A stretch of DNA of 64,000 nucleotides from the NCBI GenBank assembly GCA_965248265.1, contig CBDFJF010000002.1:1696001-1760000 (forward strand), written 5' to 3'. Positions 28,454 to 37,047 of the stretch are shown here, one piece after another (the stretch's first letter is position 1; each line of letters starts with the position of its first letter). The translations under genes and the position numbers were made by a program. This DNA comes from Candidatus Latescibacterota bacterium (lineage in GTDB: Bacteria > Latescibacterota > UBA2968 > UBA8231). The notes below the pieces were generated by a model. The model was not told the DNA's origin. It made no database searches and saw only the letters and a list, made by a program, of their open reading frames with translations.

Positions 28454-30397
28454 ATGCGGAATATGAAACGGTCAACTGTCTGTATCGCGTTGACGGCGGG
28501 TGCCATACTGTGTGGCCTGACAGCAGTCAACGGCGAAATCAGAAGGCGCGTGCCTGAGCCGGTTGGAATAGTGGAACCGCCATGGGTGGAGACACGCAGG
28601 GCCGAGCAGCTGGGGACGGCCGAATCCTTCAAGGCCTTCGTCGGCTTCCGTTTTGAGGACCGGTACGAAAACAGTGGGATCGACTGGTCAAACCATACTA
28701 CCGACGACACCGGCAAACGCTATAAGGCGTCGCATTATGATCACGGCAACGGCGTAGCGGTAGCCGATGTGGATGGCGACGGCAAACTCGATCTGTACTA
28801 CACAACCCAGGCCGGCCCCAACAAGCTGCTTCGCAACCTCGGCAAAGGGCGCTACGAGAAGATGCCGGGTTCGGAGAACCTGGAGCTCGGGGAGTACGTC
28901 GGCGTGACGGCTTCCTTCGCCGACATCGACAACGACGGCGATCCCGAGCTCTACACGACGACGACGCGGGGCGGCAACTACCTGTTCGAGAACGACGGCA
29001 AGGGCTGCTTCAGCGACATCACCAGGGGCTCGGGGCTCGAATACAACGGCCATTCATCCAGTGCCGTGATCTTCGACTACGATCGTGACGGATTGCTCGA
29101 TCTGTACCTGTGCAACGTAGGTGTATTTACCATAGAAGAGTTGATCACGGCTTCGACCGACCCAGTGAATCCTGACCAGGGGACTGAGTACCAGTACTGG
29201 GAGGCCAGAAAAGACGCCTTCGCCGGGCATCTAAAGCCCGAGCGTACGGAGCGCAGTATCCTCTACCACAACAATGGCGGCGGGAAGTTTACCGACGTCA
29301 CCGACGAGACCGGACTGATCGACACCAGCTGGTCGGGGGACGCCACTCCCATTGACGCCAATGACGATGGCTGGCCGGATCTCTACATCCTCGACATGCA
29401 GGGACACGACGAGTACTTCGAGAACGTGAACGGTGAGAGATTCGTGCTCAAGAGCAGGGAGGTGTTTCCGAAGACGCCGTGGGGATCGATGGGGGTCAAG
29501 GTTTTCGACTACGACAACGATGGCGCCCTGGATCTCTATGTCAGCGACATGCACTCAGACATGAGCGAAGAGGTTTTACCATGGGACGAAAAGCTGAAGG
29601 CGAACATGCAGTACCCGGAAGAATTCCTGCGCAGCGGCGGCAACAGCATCTTCGGCAACGCCTTCTATCGCAAGCAGGGGTCGGGTCAGTATGAAGAGAT
29701 ATCCGATGCCATTTGGGCTGAGAACTACTGGCCCTGGGGCTTGAGTGTCGGGGACGTCAACGCCGACGGTTACGATGACGTCTTCCTGGCCTCGAGCATG
29801 AACTATCCGCTCCGCCACGGGATCAATTCCCTGTTGATCAACGATGCGGGTGAGACCTTTCTCGACGCAGAATACATTCTGCGTGTCGAGCCGCGCCGCG
29901 ACAATCTGACGGCCATTCCCTGGTTTGTCGTCGACTGCGACGGAGCCGATGCTGACCACATACACTGCGAACAATTCTCCGGGATTGTCGAGGTCTGGTC
30001 ATCGGTCGGCTCGCGCTCGTCTGTTATCTTCGACCACGACGATGATGGTGACCTCGATATCCTCACCAACGAGTTCAACTCCGTTCCGGTCGTGTTGGTG
30101 AGCGACCTGTCCGCGAAGAAGGATATTCGTTTTCTGAAGGTGAAACTCGTCGGTACCGAATCGAATCGCAGTGGCATCGGCGCCGTCGTCGAAGTCGAAG
30201 CAGGCGGGAAGCGATACAAGAAGGTCAACGACGGCCAGTCAGGGTACCTGTCACAGAGTGATTTTCCCCTGTATTTCGGGCTCGGCGAAGCGGGCTCCGT
30301 CGACCGTATCACTGTGCAGTGGCCATCGGGGAATAAGCAGACCGTGCAGGGTCCGATCGACACGAACAAACTTCACGAGATCACTGAAGGAAGCTAG
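28454..30397 (+). CDS. CRTAC1/ASPIC-UnbV family FG-GAP protein
   Basis: Repeated DxDxDGxxDL motifs and C-terminal SGYLSQSDFPLYFGLG. Confidence 0.9.
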   Translation: MRNMKRSTVCIALTAGAILCGLTAVNGEIRRRVPEPVGIVEPPWVETRRAEQLGTAESFKAFVGFRFEDRYENSGIDWSNHTTDDTGKRYKASHYDHGNGVAVADVDGDGKLDLYYTTQAGPNKLLRNLGKGRYEKMPGSENLELGEYVGVTASFADIDNDGDPELYTTTTRGGNYLFENDGKGCFSDITRGSGLEYNGHSSSAVIFDYDRDGLLDLYLCNVGVFTIEELITASTDPVNPDQGTEYQYWEARKDAFAGHLKPERTERSILYHNNGGGKFTDVTDETGLIDTSWSGDATPIDANDDGWPDLYILDMQGHDEYFENVNGERFVLKSREVFPKTPWGSMGVKVFDYDNDGALDLYVSDMHSDMSEEVLPWDEKLKANMQYPEEFLRSGGNSIFGNAFYRKQGSGQYEEISDAIWAENYWPWGLSVGDVNADGYDDVFLASSMNYPLRHGINSLLINDAGETFLDAEYILRVEPRRDNLTAIPWFVVDCDGADADHIHCEQFSGIVEVWSSVGSRSSVIFDHDDDGDLDILTNEFNSVPVVLVSDLSAKKDIRFLKVKLVGTESNRSGIGAVVEVEAGGKRYKKVNDGQSGYLSQSDFPLYFGLGEAGSVDRITVQWPSGNKQTVQGPIDTNKLHEITEGS

Positions 30398-30406
30398 TGT
30401 CCCGTC

Positions 30407-31531
30407 TCAGTCGACCCCATCGCGGCGCCAGCGCTCCAACGGGTGTTCGCGCGGCGTGAGTGGCATCTCCACGCGCCGTCCGAGTCGGTGTGATTCCCAG
30501 GTCGCCTGAATCATCTCGAGACAGGCGCGGCCGTCGCGGCCGCTGGCGAACGGCTTCTGTTGGCTTTCGATGGCCTCAATCAGATCACTGAGCATCCGGC
30601 ATTGGAGCAGCAGCCGCACCGAGCCGCGATCCCGAGGCGCCCCATTTTCGTCAAGATCCTCCGCGTCCACGTGCACCCGTCGCCAGGGCTCATCAGGGGG
30701 ATGATGGGACCCTTCGTGGATGAACATGGAGGTGCCGACGCTGCCGCGCAGGGCAATCCGACCTTGTGTGCCGATCAGATCAATCCCGTAATCGTCGTCG
30801 TTCACCCCCTCCTGAGCTAAAAACTCGACCTCACCGTGGATGCCGCTGGCGAACCGAATTTGGGCGAAAGAGCGCTCTCCCAGGACCAGGCCGGCATCAC
30901 GGTCCCTGGGATTCACTTCCTGCGTGTGTTTGACGTCGGAGACGGCTGATTCGCTACCGTCCAGCTGTACCAGGTGGGCGTGGATCCATTCGACATCACC
31001 CCCAAACAGGCGAGTCCAGTCGTAGAGATGGGTACCCATCTCCATGAGGGCGTTGCCTGCCAGACGTCCGCCTTTGTCAGAGGCCCGAAGCCGCACCAAT
31101 TGGCCGATGTCGCCGGCAGCAATGCGCTCCAGCGCATGCTGGTTGTAGGGGCTTCCGCGCTTGATATGATTGATGGCGAAGCGGACGTCGTGATGCGTGC
31201 AGGCATCGACCATCTCGTCAGCCTGCACCAGGTCCAACGCGATCGGCTTCTCGCAGAACACGTGGATGCCGCGTTTGGCGGCAGCCAGCACCGAGGCGTG
31301 ATGCTGGGGTGCCTGGGTGGAGATGATGACGATGTCGGGTTCGGTCTCATCCAGCATGCGCTCGTAGTCATCGTGGACAGGAACACCGAAACGGTCGTTC
31401 CAGGACCGGGCGTTGTCCGGGTTGATCTCGGCTCCGGAGACGAGATCACAGGACTCCTGCACGTTCACGGCTTCGGCATGGTGGTGTCCCATGCCTCCAA
31501 GGCCGATGATGGCGACGCGATAATGGTTCAT
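30407..31531 (-). CDS. Gfo/Idh/MocA family oxidoreductase
   Basis: IIGLGGMG, HVFCEKP, LMEMGTH. Confidence 0.92.
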   Translation of the reverse strand: MNHYRVAIIGLGGMGHHHAEAVNVQESCDLVSGAEINPDNARSWNDRFGVPVHDDYERMLDETEPDIVIISTQAPQHHASVLAAAKRGIHVFCEKPIALDLVQADEMVDACTHHDVRFAINHIKRGSPYNQHALERIAAGDIGQLVRLRASDKGGRLAGNALMEMGTHLYDWTRLFGGDVEWIHAHLVQLDGSESAVSDVKHTQEVNPRDRDAGLVLGERSFAQIRFASGIHGEVEFLAQEGVNDDDYGIDLIGTQGRIALRGSVGTSMFIHEGSHHPPDEPWRRVHVDAEDLDENGAPRDRGSVRLLLQCRMLSDLIEAIESQQKPFASGRDGRACLEMIQATWESHRLGRRVEMPLTPREHPLERWRRDGVD

Positions 31532-31625
31532 GCGGCGAATTTATCGGACTCGTCAAAGGTGGGCGTCATGGCTATATTTGAGCCCCGTAAAGAAACTCTG
31601 CCACACATTCTTCAAGGAGTTACCC

Positions 31626-31823
31626 GTGTTCACACTAGCGAAACTGCTTCCGATCAGACAACTGTTGGCCGAACAGGTTCCGGCGATCACGGCATCATTC
31701 ATCATCGCCGAAGTGTTCTACAAGTTCCACTCCTTCACACTGGAATGCCTGGCCTTTCTGGCCACCTGGTCGATTCTGGACGGACTCATCAACCTGGTGA
31801 AGGGTCGCTCCAATAACAGCTAG
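31626..31823 (+). CDS. Small (65 aa) two-helix membrane protein
   Basis: AAGGAG RBS 6 nt before GTG; hydrophobic helices around IAEVFYKFHSFTLEC. Confidence 0.65.
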   Translation: MFTLAKLLPIRQLLAEQVPAITASFIIAEVFYKFHSFTLECLAFLATWSILDGLINLVKGRSNNS

Positions 31824-32947
31824 AACAGATACGATTCAACGACGTCCTCTTTGATTTCCACACCAAGCCCGGGTTCCTCACGGACGGTCAGATAGCCGTT
31901 CTCCTGTACCCACGGGTTGCCGATCATGTCGTGCTGCAGCGGTGATTCGTGGGGTTTGAAGTCCATACCAGCACTGTGTGGAGTGCAAGCCAGCAAGTGC
32001 ACGCTGGCCGCGGTGTTGAGGGCGCTGCTCCAGGTATGGGCACTGACCTGCAGGTTGGCCGCCTCTACCAGGCGAATCGCTCTCAACGTACCGGTAATGC
32101 CGTGGATCCGTCCCGGATCCATCTGTACCACGTCGACGCCATCCGAGTCGATCAGTCGGCGATACCCTTCTAACGTCCACTCCTGCTCACCGGTGCCGAT
32201 CGGTGTGTTGACACCCTCGCGCAAGAGGCGGTGTCCCTCCAAATCCCGCGGCCGCAGCGGCTCCTCCATCCAGCGCAGGCGGTAGGGTTCGAGTTCGTTG
32301 AGGCGGCGGATCGCTGTCTGGGGATCCCAGATGCCCTTGTGGCCGGGCATGTCTGCGACCAGTTCGATGTCGTCCCCGATGGTCTCGCGTATGCGGCGTA
32401 TCATCTCGAGATCCGCTTTTCGGTTCTGGCCGAACATGGCGTCGGGGCGCATGCCCCATCCCGCCTTGACCTGGATGTAACCCTGGTCCTTCATCCAGGC
32501 GAACTCGTTCACGCTCCAGTCGATGTCGTCGAAGTCGAAGATGATGGAGGCCATGGCGACGACACGATTACTGATACGACCGCCCAGGAGGGTGCACACC
32601 GGTACGCCGAAGTGCTTGCCGGCCAGATCCCACAGGGCCATGTCGATGGCACTGACTGCAAAGGCGGCGATCCCCTGTGTTCCGTACCACCAGCAATGAT
32701 CGAGCATGAGGTTCCAGAGACGCTCGACGTCTTCCGCGTTTTCGCCGACCAAGAGTGGAGCGAAGCCCTCATCGATGATGGTGGTCGTGGCTTTGGCGGA
32801 CTCACGCATTTGCGAGATGCATTCGCCCCAACCGACGAGGCCGCACTCCGATTCGATACGGGCGAGGTTGATGCAGCGAAGAGCGCCCTTGTAGTGAGGC
32901 TCCGGGGCCAGCAGCGGGTAAGCCTTGATTTCCTTTATTTTCAACAT
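31820..32947 (-). CDS. Mandelate racemase/MLE family protein
   Basis: AVSAIDMALWDLAGK, VADM / WMEEP / GTGEQ metal ligands, SAH. Confidence 0.92.
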   Translation of the reverse strand: MLKIKEIKAYPLLAPEPHYKGALRCINLARIESECGLVGWGECISQMRESAKATTTIIDEGFAPLLVGENAEDVERLWNLMLDHCWWYGTQGIAAFAVSAIDMALWDLAGKHFGVPVCTLLGGRISNRVVAMASIIFDFDDIDWSVNEFAWMKDQGYIQVKAGWGMRPDAMFGQNRKADLEMIRRIRETIGDDIELVADMPGHKGIWDPQTAIRRLNELEPYRLRWMEEPLRPRDLEGHRLLREGVNTPIGTGEQEWTLEGYRRLIDSDGVDVVQMDPGRIHGITGTLRAIRLVEAANLQVSAHTWSSALNTAASVHLLACTPHSAGMDFKPHESPLQHDMIGNPWVQENGYLTVREEPGLGVEIKEDVVESYLF

Positions 32948-33276
32948 CACTGACAGTCCTGAAGGCGGTGGATCGTTTTCGCGAGACTTCCACATATCAG
33001 TGTCCCGTCTCAGAAATACGTCGACATTCTTCCGCCGATCCATCCCTGCTCGCGGCGTGGCCTTCGCTCGTCGTATCCCACTGATACGACTCGCTCAGGC
33101 GCCTTGCGAGCAGGGCGCCTCGACGGCCGAATTTTGTCAACCTATTTCTGAGACGGGACACTATGGTTTTCCCTCTTGGAACGCAACTTGAGTATCATTA
33201 GATTTCTCGCCCGCGAGACAATCGGACGCAGTTCTTCCATTTATATTTATGCATAAACAGACAGGTTGAAGAAAAC

Positions 33277-34347
33277 ATGGTTGATAAAGCACGAATCGGC
33301 ATCATCGGCACTGGTTGGTGGGCGACGACGGCCCATTTCCCATCGGTGAAGGCGCATCCCAAGGCAGAGCTGGTGGCGGCGGCGGATGTCCGCCCCGACA
33401 TCCTGGCCAAAGCGGCGGAGAAGTACGATGTAGCAAACACCTATACCGACTACGGGCAGATGCTGGACAAGGAGGATCTGGACGGTGTCGTGGTCGCGGT
33501 CTGGCATGCAGAGCATTTCGAGGTTGCCCGCACCTGCCTGGAGAACGGCCTGCACGTCATGCTGGAGAAGCCGATGGTGCTGCGGGCAGCGCATGCGCGC
33601 GAGCTGGTGGATGTGGCAACGAAGAACAAGCGTGAGCTCATCATCGGCTATCCCTGGCACTTCACCCCGCACACCCTCAGAGCCAGGGAGGTTGTGCAAT
33701 CGGGCGAATTGGGCCGGGTTCTGTTCGTCAACAGCATCTTCGCCTCGGCGGTGCTCCAGTTTCTGCGCGGCGAGGACAAGACCTACGAGGCGGTGTTCGG
33801 GTACCCGGTGGTCGGACCGGGCGATGTCTACGCCGATATCGAGAAATCCGGCGGCGGCCAGGGGCACCTGCAAGTGACGCATTCGGCGGCGCTATCCCTG
33901 TTCATTACCGGGCTCAAGCCAGTGTCGACGATGGCGATGATGGAGAATCTGGATGTCCATACCGACGTCGTGGACGCCATGGCCGTGCGCTTGGACAATG
34001 GCGCTCTGGCCACCGTGGGCAGCATCGGCACGGTGCGTCCCGGAGATGGCGACATTCTCACCACCCAGATCGTCTGCGAGGACGGACAGGTCACCCTGGA
34101 TTCAATCGGGGGTACGGGGTCAATCCGTCACAAAGATCAGAGCCTGGAGACCTTCGAGCCGCTGGCCGAGGAAGCCATCTACCCGATGCAGGTGACGGCG
34201 GCGAATCTCGTCGACGTGATTACCGGTGATGCCGCCAACGGCTCTCCGGCCGAGGTTGGATGGCGAGTTGTAGAATTGCTGGATTCGGCCTACCGCTCAG
34301 TCGCCGACAGTGGGCGCCAGGTGCAGGTGGAGGAACTCTACGACTGA
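33277..34347 (+). CDS. Gfo/Idh/MocA family oxidoreductase
   Basis: IGIIGTGWWA, HVMLEKP, SGGGQG.LQVTH. Confidence 0.92.
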   Translation: MVDKARIGIIGTGWWATTAHFPSVKAHPKAELVAAADVRPDILAKAAEKYDVANTYTDYGQMLDKEDLDGVVVAVWHAEHFEVARTCLENGLHVMLEKPMVLRAAHARELVDVATKNKRELIIGYPWHFTPHTLRAREVVQSGELGRVLFVNSIFASAVLQFLRGEDKTYEAVFGYPVVGPGDVYADIEKSGGGQGHLQVTHSAALSLFITGLKPVSTMAMMENLDVHTDVVDAMAVRLDNGALATVGSIGTVRPGDGDILTTQIVCEDGQVTLDSIGGTGSIRHKDQSLETFEPLAEEAIYPMQVTAANLVDVITGDAANGSPAEVGWRVVELLDSAYRSVADSGRQVQVEELYD

Positions 34348-34365
34348 CGCGGCGAGGTGGTGTCT

Positions 34366-36606
34366 TCATCGCACCCACTTGCCGTCCCAGACATAGCCGA
34401 GTCCTATCTGCAACTCCGATTTGAGGGCCGGCTGGTTGACCTGGTTGTCGACGTGGAAGAAGAAATTGGCGTCGACGGTGATGTGGAGGTCACCGGAGAC
34501 GTTGATGACGAGGGAGTTGAACTGTTGTAGGGACACCTTTCTCGACTCGGTAGCGCTCATGAAGAGCTTGGCTTTGGAGTTCATGGCGTTGCCACCGGCA
34601 AATCGCCGGCGATACTCGGGGACGACTTCGAGACCTACCTGATTCGTCTCCGCGACGAAATCCCGTTCCAGTCCCAGACCCAGGCGTGCGGTCAAGCTCT
34701 TGCCACGCGTCGTGTGCACGCCCGCACTGCCACGCAGCGTCATTGGTCGATCCTCGTTCGCCGGTGCCGTGAACACGGTCGTCACCGCGGCCGCCAGGAA
34801 GGGGGCCGGTTGACGTTTCTGCAATGTATAGACCAGATCTGCGTCCAGGCGGTCAGTAGCTTCCCTGAAGCGATCCTGCTCGCGCAACTGGCCGAAACTC
34901 GATTTCACGTCCAGCGCCAACGCTCCACGCGCCGTTGTCCGGCTGGTACGGGCGTTCATGACGGCGTTCCAGGCCATGGCGTCGCGACCGCTGATGCTGG
35001 AGACCCCCCTGTAGCGTGAGGCATCGCTGTTGATGCTGGCCACCGACAGCGAGTTCGTGAACTGAGTCCGCGTCTTCCACGAGCTGCCGCCGCTGCGCGA
35101 TTGCTCCAGGCTACGCAGGGGCTCTATGTGGGATGCCAGGAAGCGCGATACCGCCTGGCCCAACTCGAGTTCGTGGACTGTTGCAACCGAATCGGACGAG
35201 CGCTCGAAATAGCCGTCACCGCCGCTGGCCAGGTAGCGGGTCGTGGCGATGGTATATTCCTCCTGCTTCTGCAGGGCGATACCGCCTACTTTTTCTGTGG
35301 CCGGGTCAAAGCCGGAGAACACGAGCTGTTGCCCGGGCCGGGTGCGCTGCTTTGATGAGCCGGCCATCCCCAACAGTTGCTTTCCGGTGACCGTGACGGC
35401 TACGATCCGATCGTCGAAGCGCAACAGACTATCGATCTGGGCCACCAGCACTGATCCACCAAGCGATCTCGGTCTCAGGGCCCCCAAGTTGATGAGGCCG
35501 ACTTCCACTCCCATGGTCTGGCGCATGAGATCGCTGATGAACTGAGGGGAGTCGACGATCTCTTCATTGATGGTAGCGACTACCTGGCGACCATGACTCT
35601 GGTAGGATGCTTCGTGGGCGACGATAAGACGCACGACATCCGCATCCTGCGGTAGGTTCTCAACCACTGGAATCAACTCGGCTCCAAAGGATTCCACCAC
35701 CAGGCTTCTCACGCCTCCCCTCCACGATACAGAAAAACGCACATCGACTCGACCCAGGTAGGCGCCCAACTGTGGAGAAGAAACCACCCGCGTTCCGCCA
35801 CCTAGGCGGACCAGGTTGATTCTGCTGTCCTTGAGATCATCGGTGGGATTGTCTCCTGCGATGAAGAGGTCCATTGCCGGTACCGACTGGGCAAGTTTCA
35901 GGGCCTCGAGAGGGCGCATGTGGGTAAGGGCGACGGCGTAATCGAAATCGCGTCCTCGTTGCTGGGTTTCCAGCAGTTTCTTCAACGAGGTCTCGGGATC
36001 GAGTACCTCGATGTCTCCCGTTGTTGCCGGATTGACTATCCGTTTCGTTTCCGTCGACAACAGCCCGGTGATCAGTACCCGCACACCGGTTTTCTCAATG
36101 ATTACGTACGGAGTGAGCGCGGGTTGAAGGGAATCCGAGTCGACGAGATTGGCGGCGATGAACGGAAAGCCGGCATCCTGCTGTCTCGTCTTAAGAGTGT
36201 CAATACCATAGTTCAGGCCGTGATTGCCAGGAACAAGAGCGCTGTAACCGGCCTTACCCATCAGCCTGGAGAAGAGGCGGCCGGAATCAAAGTGCGCCAT
36301 CGGATCCGGCCCGAGCGCGTCGCCGCCATCCACAATCAGGGCGCGGCCGTCAGGATCGAGTGCGCGCAGCAGGCGAACCATCCGGGCCATGCCGCCACGG
36401 GTTTCTCCGAAGTAGGAGCTGGGGCGGAGTTGCCCCTTGAGGTCATTCGTGAACAGGATCGTCAGGTTCAGCGTGGTGCTGGTAGTTAGCGCGTCCGTGG
36501 ACGCGGCTGCAGCAGATGAGGCTACCAGGGCGAGCCGAAAGAGCCCCAGGACAGTGGCAACAAAAGGCACCAAGCGAGCCCGGGTACGTGGAGGAAGGAA
36601 GGTCAT
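34366..36606 (-). CDS. 5'-nucleotidase/metallophosphoesterase fused to a putative outer-membrane beta-barrel
   Basis: ILFTND, DGGD, PGNH, FPFIAAN, 5'-NT C-domain (IN.G.LR, YLASGGDGY), then about 240 aa of amphipathic strands ending LQIGLGYVW. Confidence 0.75.
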   Translation of the reverse strand: MTFLPPRTRARLVPFVATVLGLFRLALVASSAAAASTDALTTSTTLNLTILFTNDLKGQLRPSSYFGETRGGMARMVRLLRALDPDGRALIVDGGDALGPDPMAHFDSGRLFSRLMGKAGYSALVPGNHGLNYGIDTLKTRQQDAGFPFIAANLVDSDSLQPALTPYVIIEKTGVRVLITGLLSTETKRIVNPATTGDIEVLDPETSLKKLLETQQRGRDFDYAVALTHMRPLEALKLAQSVPAMDLFIAGDNPTDDLKDSRINLVRLGGGTRVVSSPQLGAYLGRVDVRFSVSWRGGVRSLVVESFGAELIPVVENLPQDADVVRLIVAHEASYQSHGRQVVATINEEIVDSPQFISDLMRQTMGVEVGLINLGALRPRSLGGSVLVAQIDSLLRFDDRIVAVTVTGKQLLGMAGSSKQRTRPGQQLVFSGFDPATEKVGGIALQKQEEYTIATTRYLASGGDGYFERSSDSVATVHELELGQAVSRFLASHIEPLRSLEQSRSGGSSWKTRTQFTNSLSVASINSDASRYRGVSSISGRDAMAWNAVMNARTSRTTARGALALDVKSSFGQLREQDRFREATDRLDADLVYTLQKRQPAPFLAAAVTTVFTAPANEDRPMTLRGSAGVHTTRGKSLTARLGLGLERDFVAETNQVGLEVVPEYRRRFAGGNAMNSKAKLFMSATESRKVSLQQFNSLVINVSGDLHITVDANFFFHVDNQVNQPALKSELQIGLGYVWDGKWVR

Positions 36607-36760
36607 AGCGTCTAAAGGTGGGCCGATCCCGCAGCAAGCTCAACCGGTCGGCGAGGGAGTCGAAGGAAAAAGTAACAGCTTGGCCTCCTCCGGGTGTTAA
36701 ACTGGTCGGCAGGATGGAAGATTCACCAAACCGAACTCAGCGGAATCCCCGGAGGGACAC

Positions 36761-37015
36761 GTGTCGACGACTACACACCAGGAAAAAGATCCGTCCGGTA
36801 TAGCCCGTGAGATGGATACCCCCGCGGCCGTGATCTGGACATCCATCCATGTCATGAGACGGTGCCTCGAGAAGATCGCGGACGGTGCGGAGGAAAATCC
36901 GGATCCGACCCCGGATCAACTTCGGCAAAGCGTGGACTTGGCGATCGTGGCCAGCGAACGACTGGTCAAGCTCAACAGAAATCTCCAGCGGGCCATATGC
37001 CTGAACGGTGAGTAA
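36761..37015 (+). CDS. Small protein resembling a stand-alone HisKA/DHp domain lacking the phospho-His
   Basis: GGAGGG RBS before GTG; SGIAREMDTP matches the H-box (S/A)GIAHE.NxP with H replaced by R; second helix ASERLVKL..NL. Confidence 0.5.
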   Translation: MSTTTHQEKDPSGIAREMDTPAAVIWTSIHVMRRCLEKIADGAEENPDPTPDQLRQSVDLAIVASERLVKLNRNLQRAICLNGE

Positions 37016-37047
37016 CTCGTCCGCCGAGCCATGCCCCGGCGCAATTT

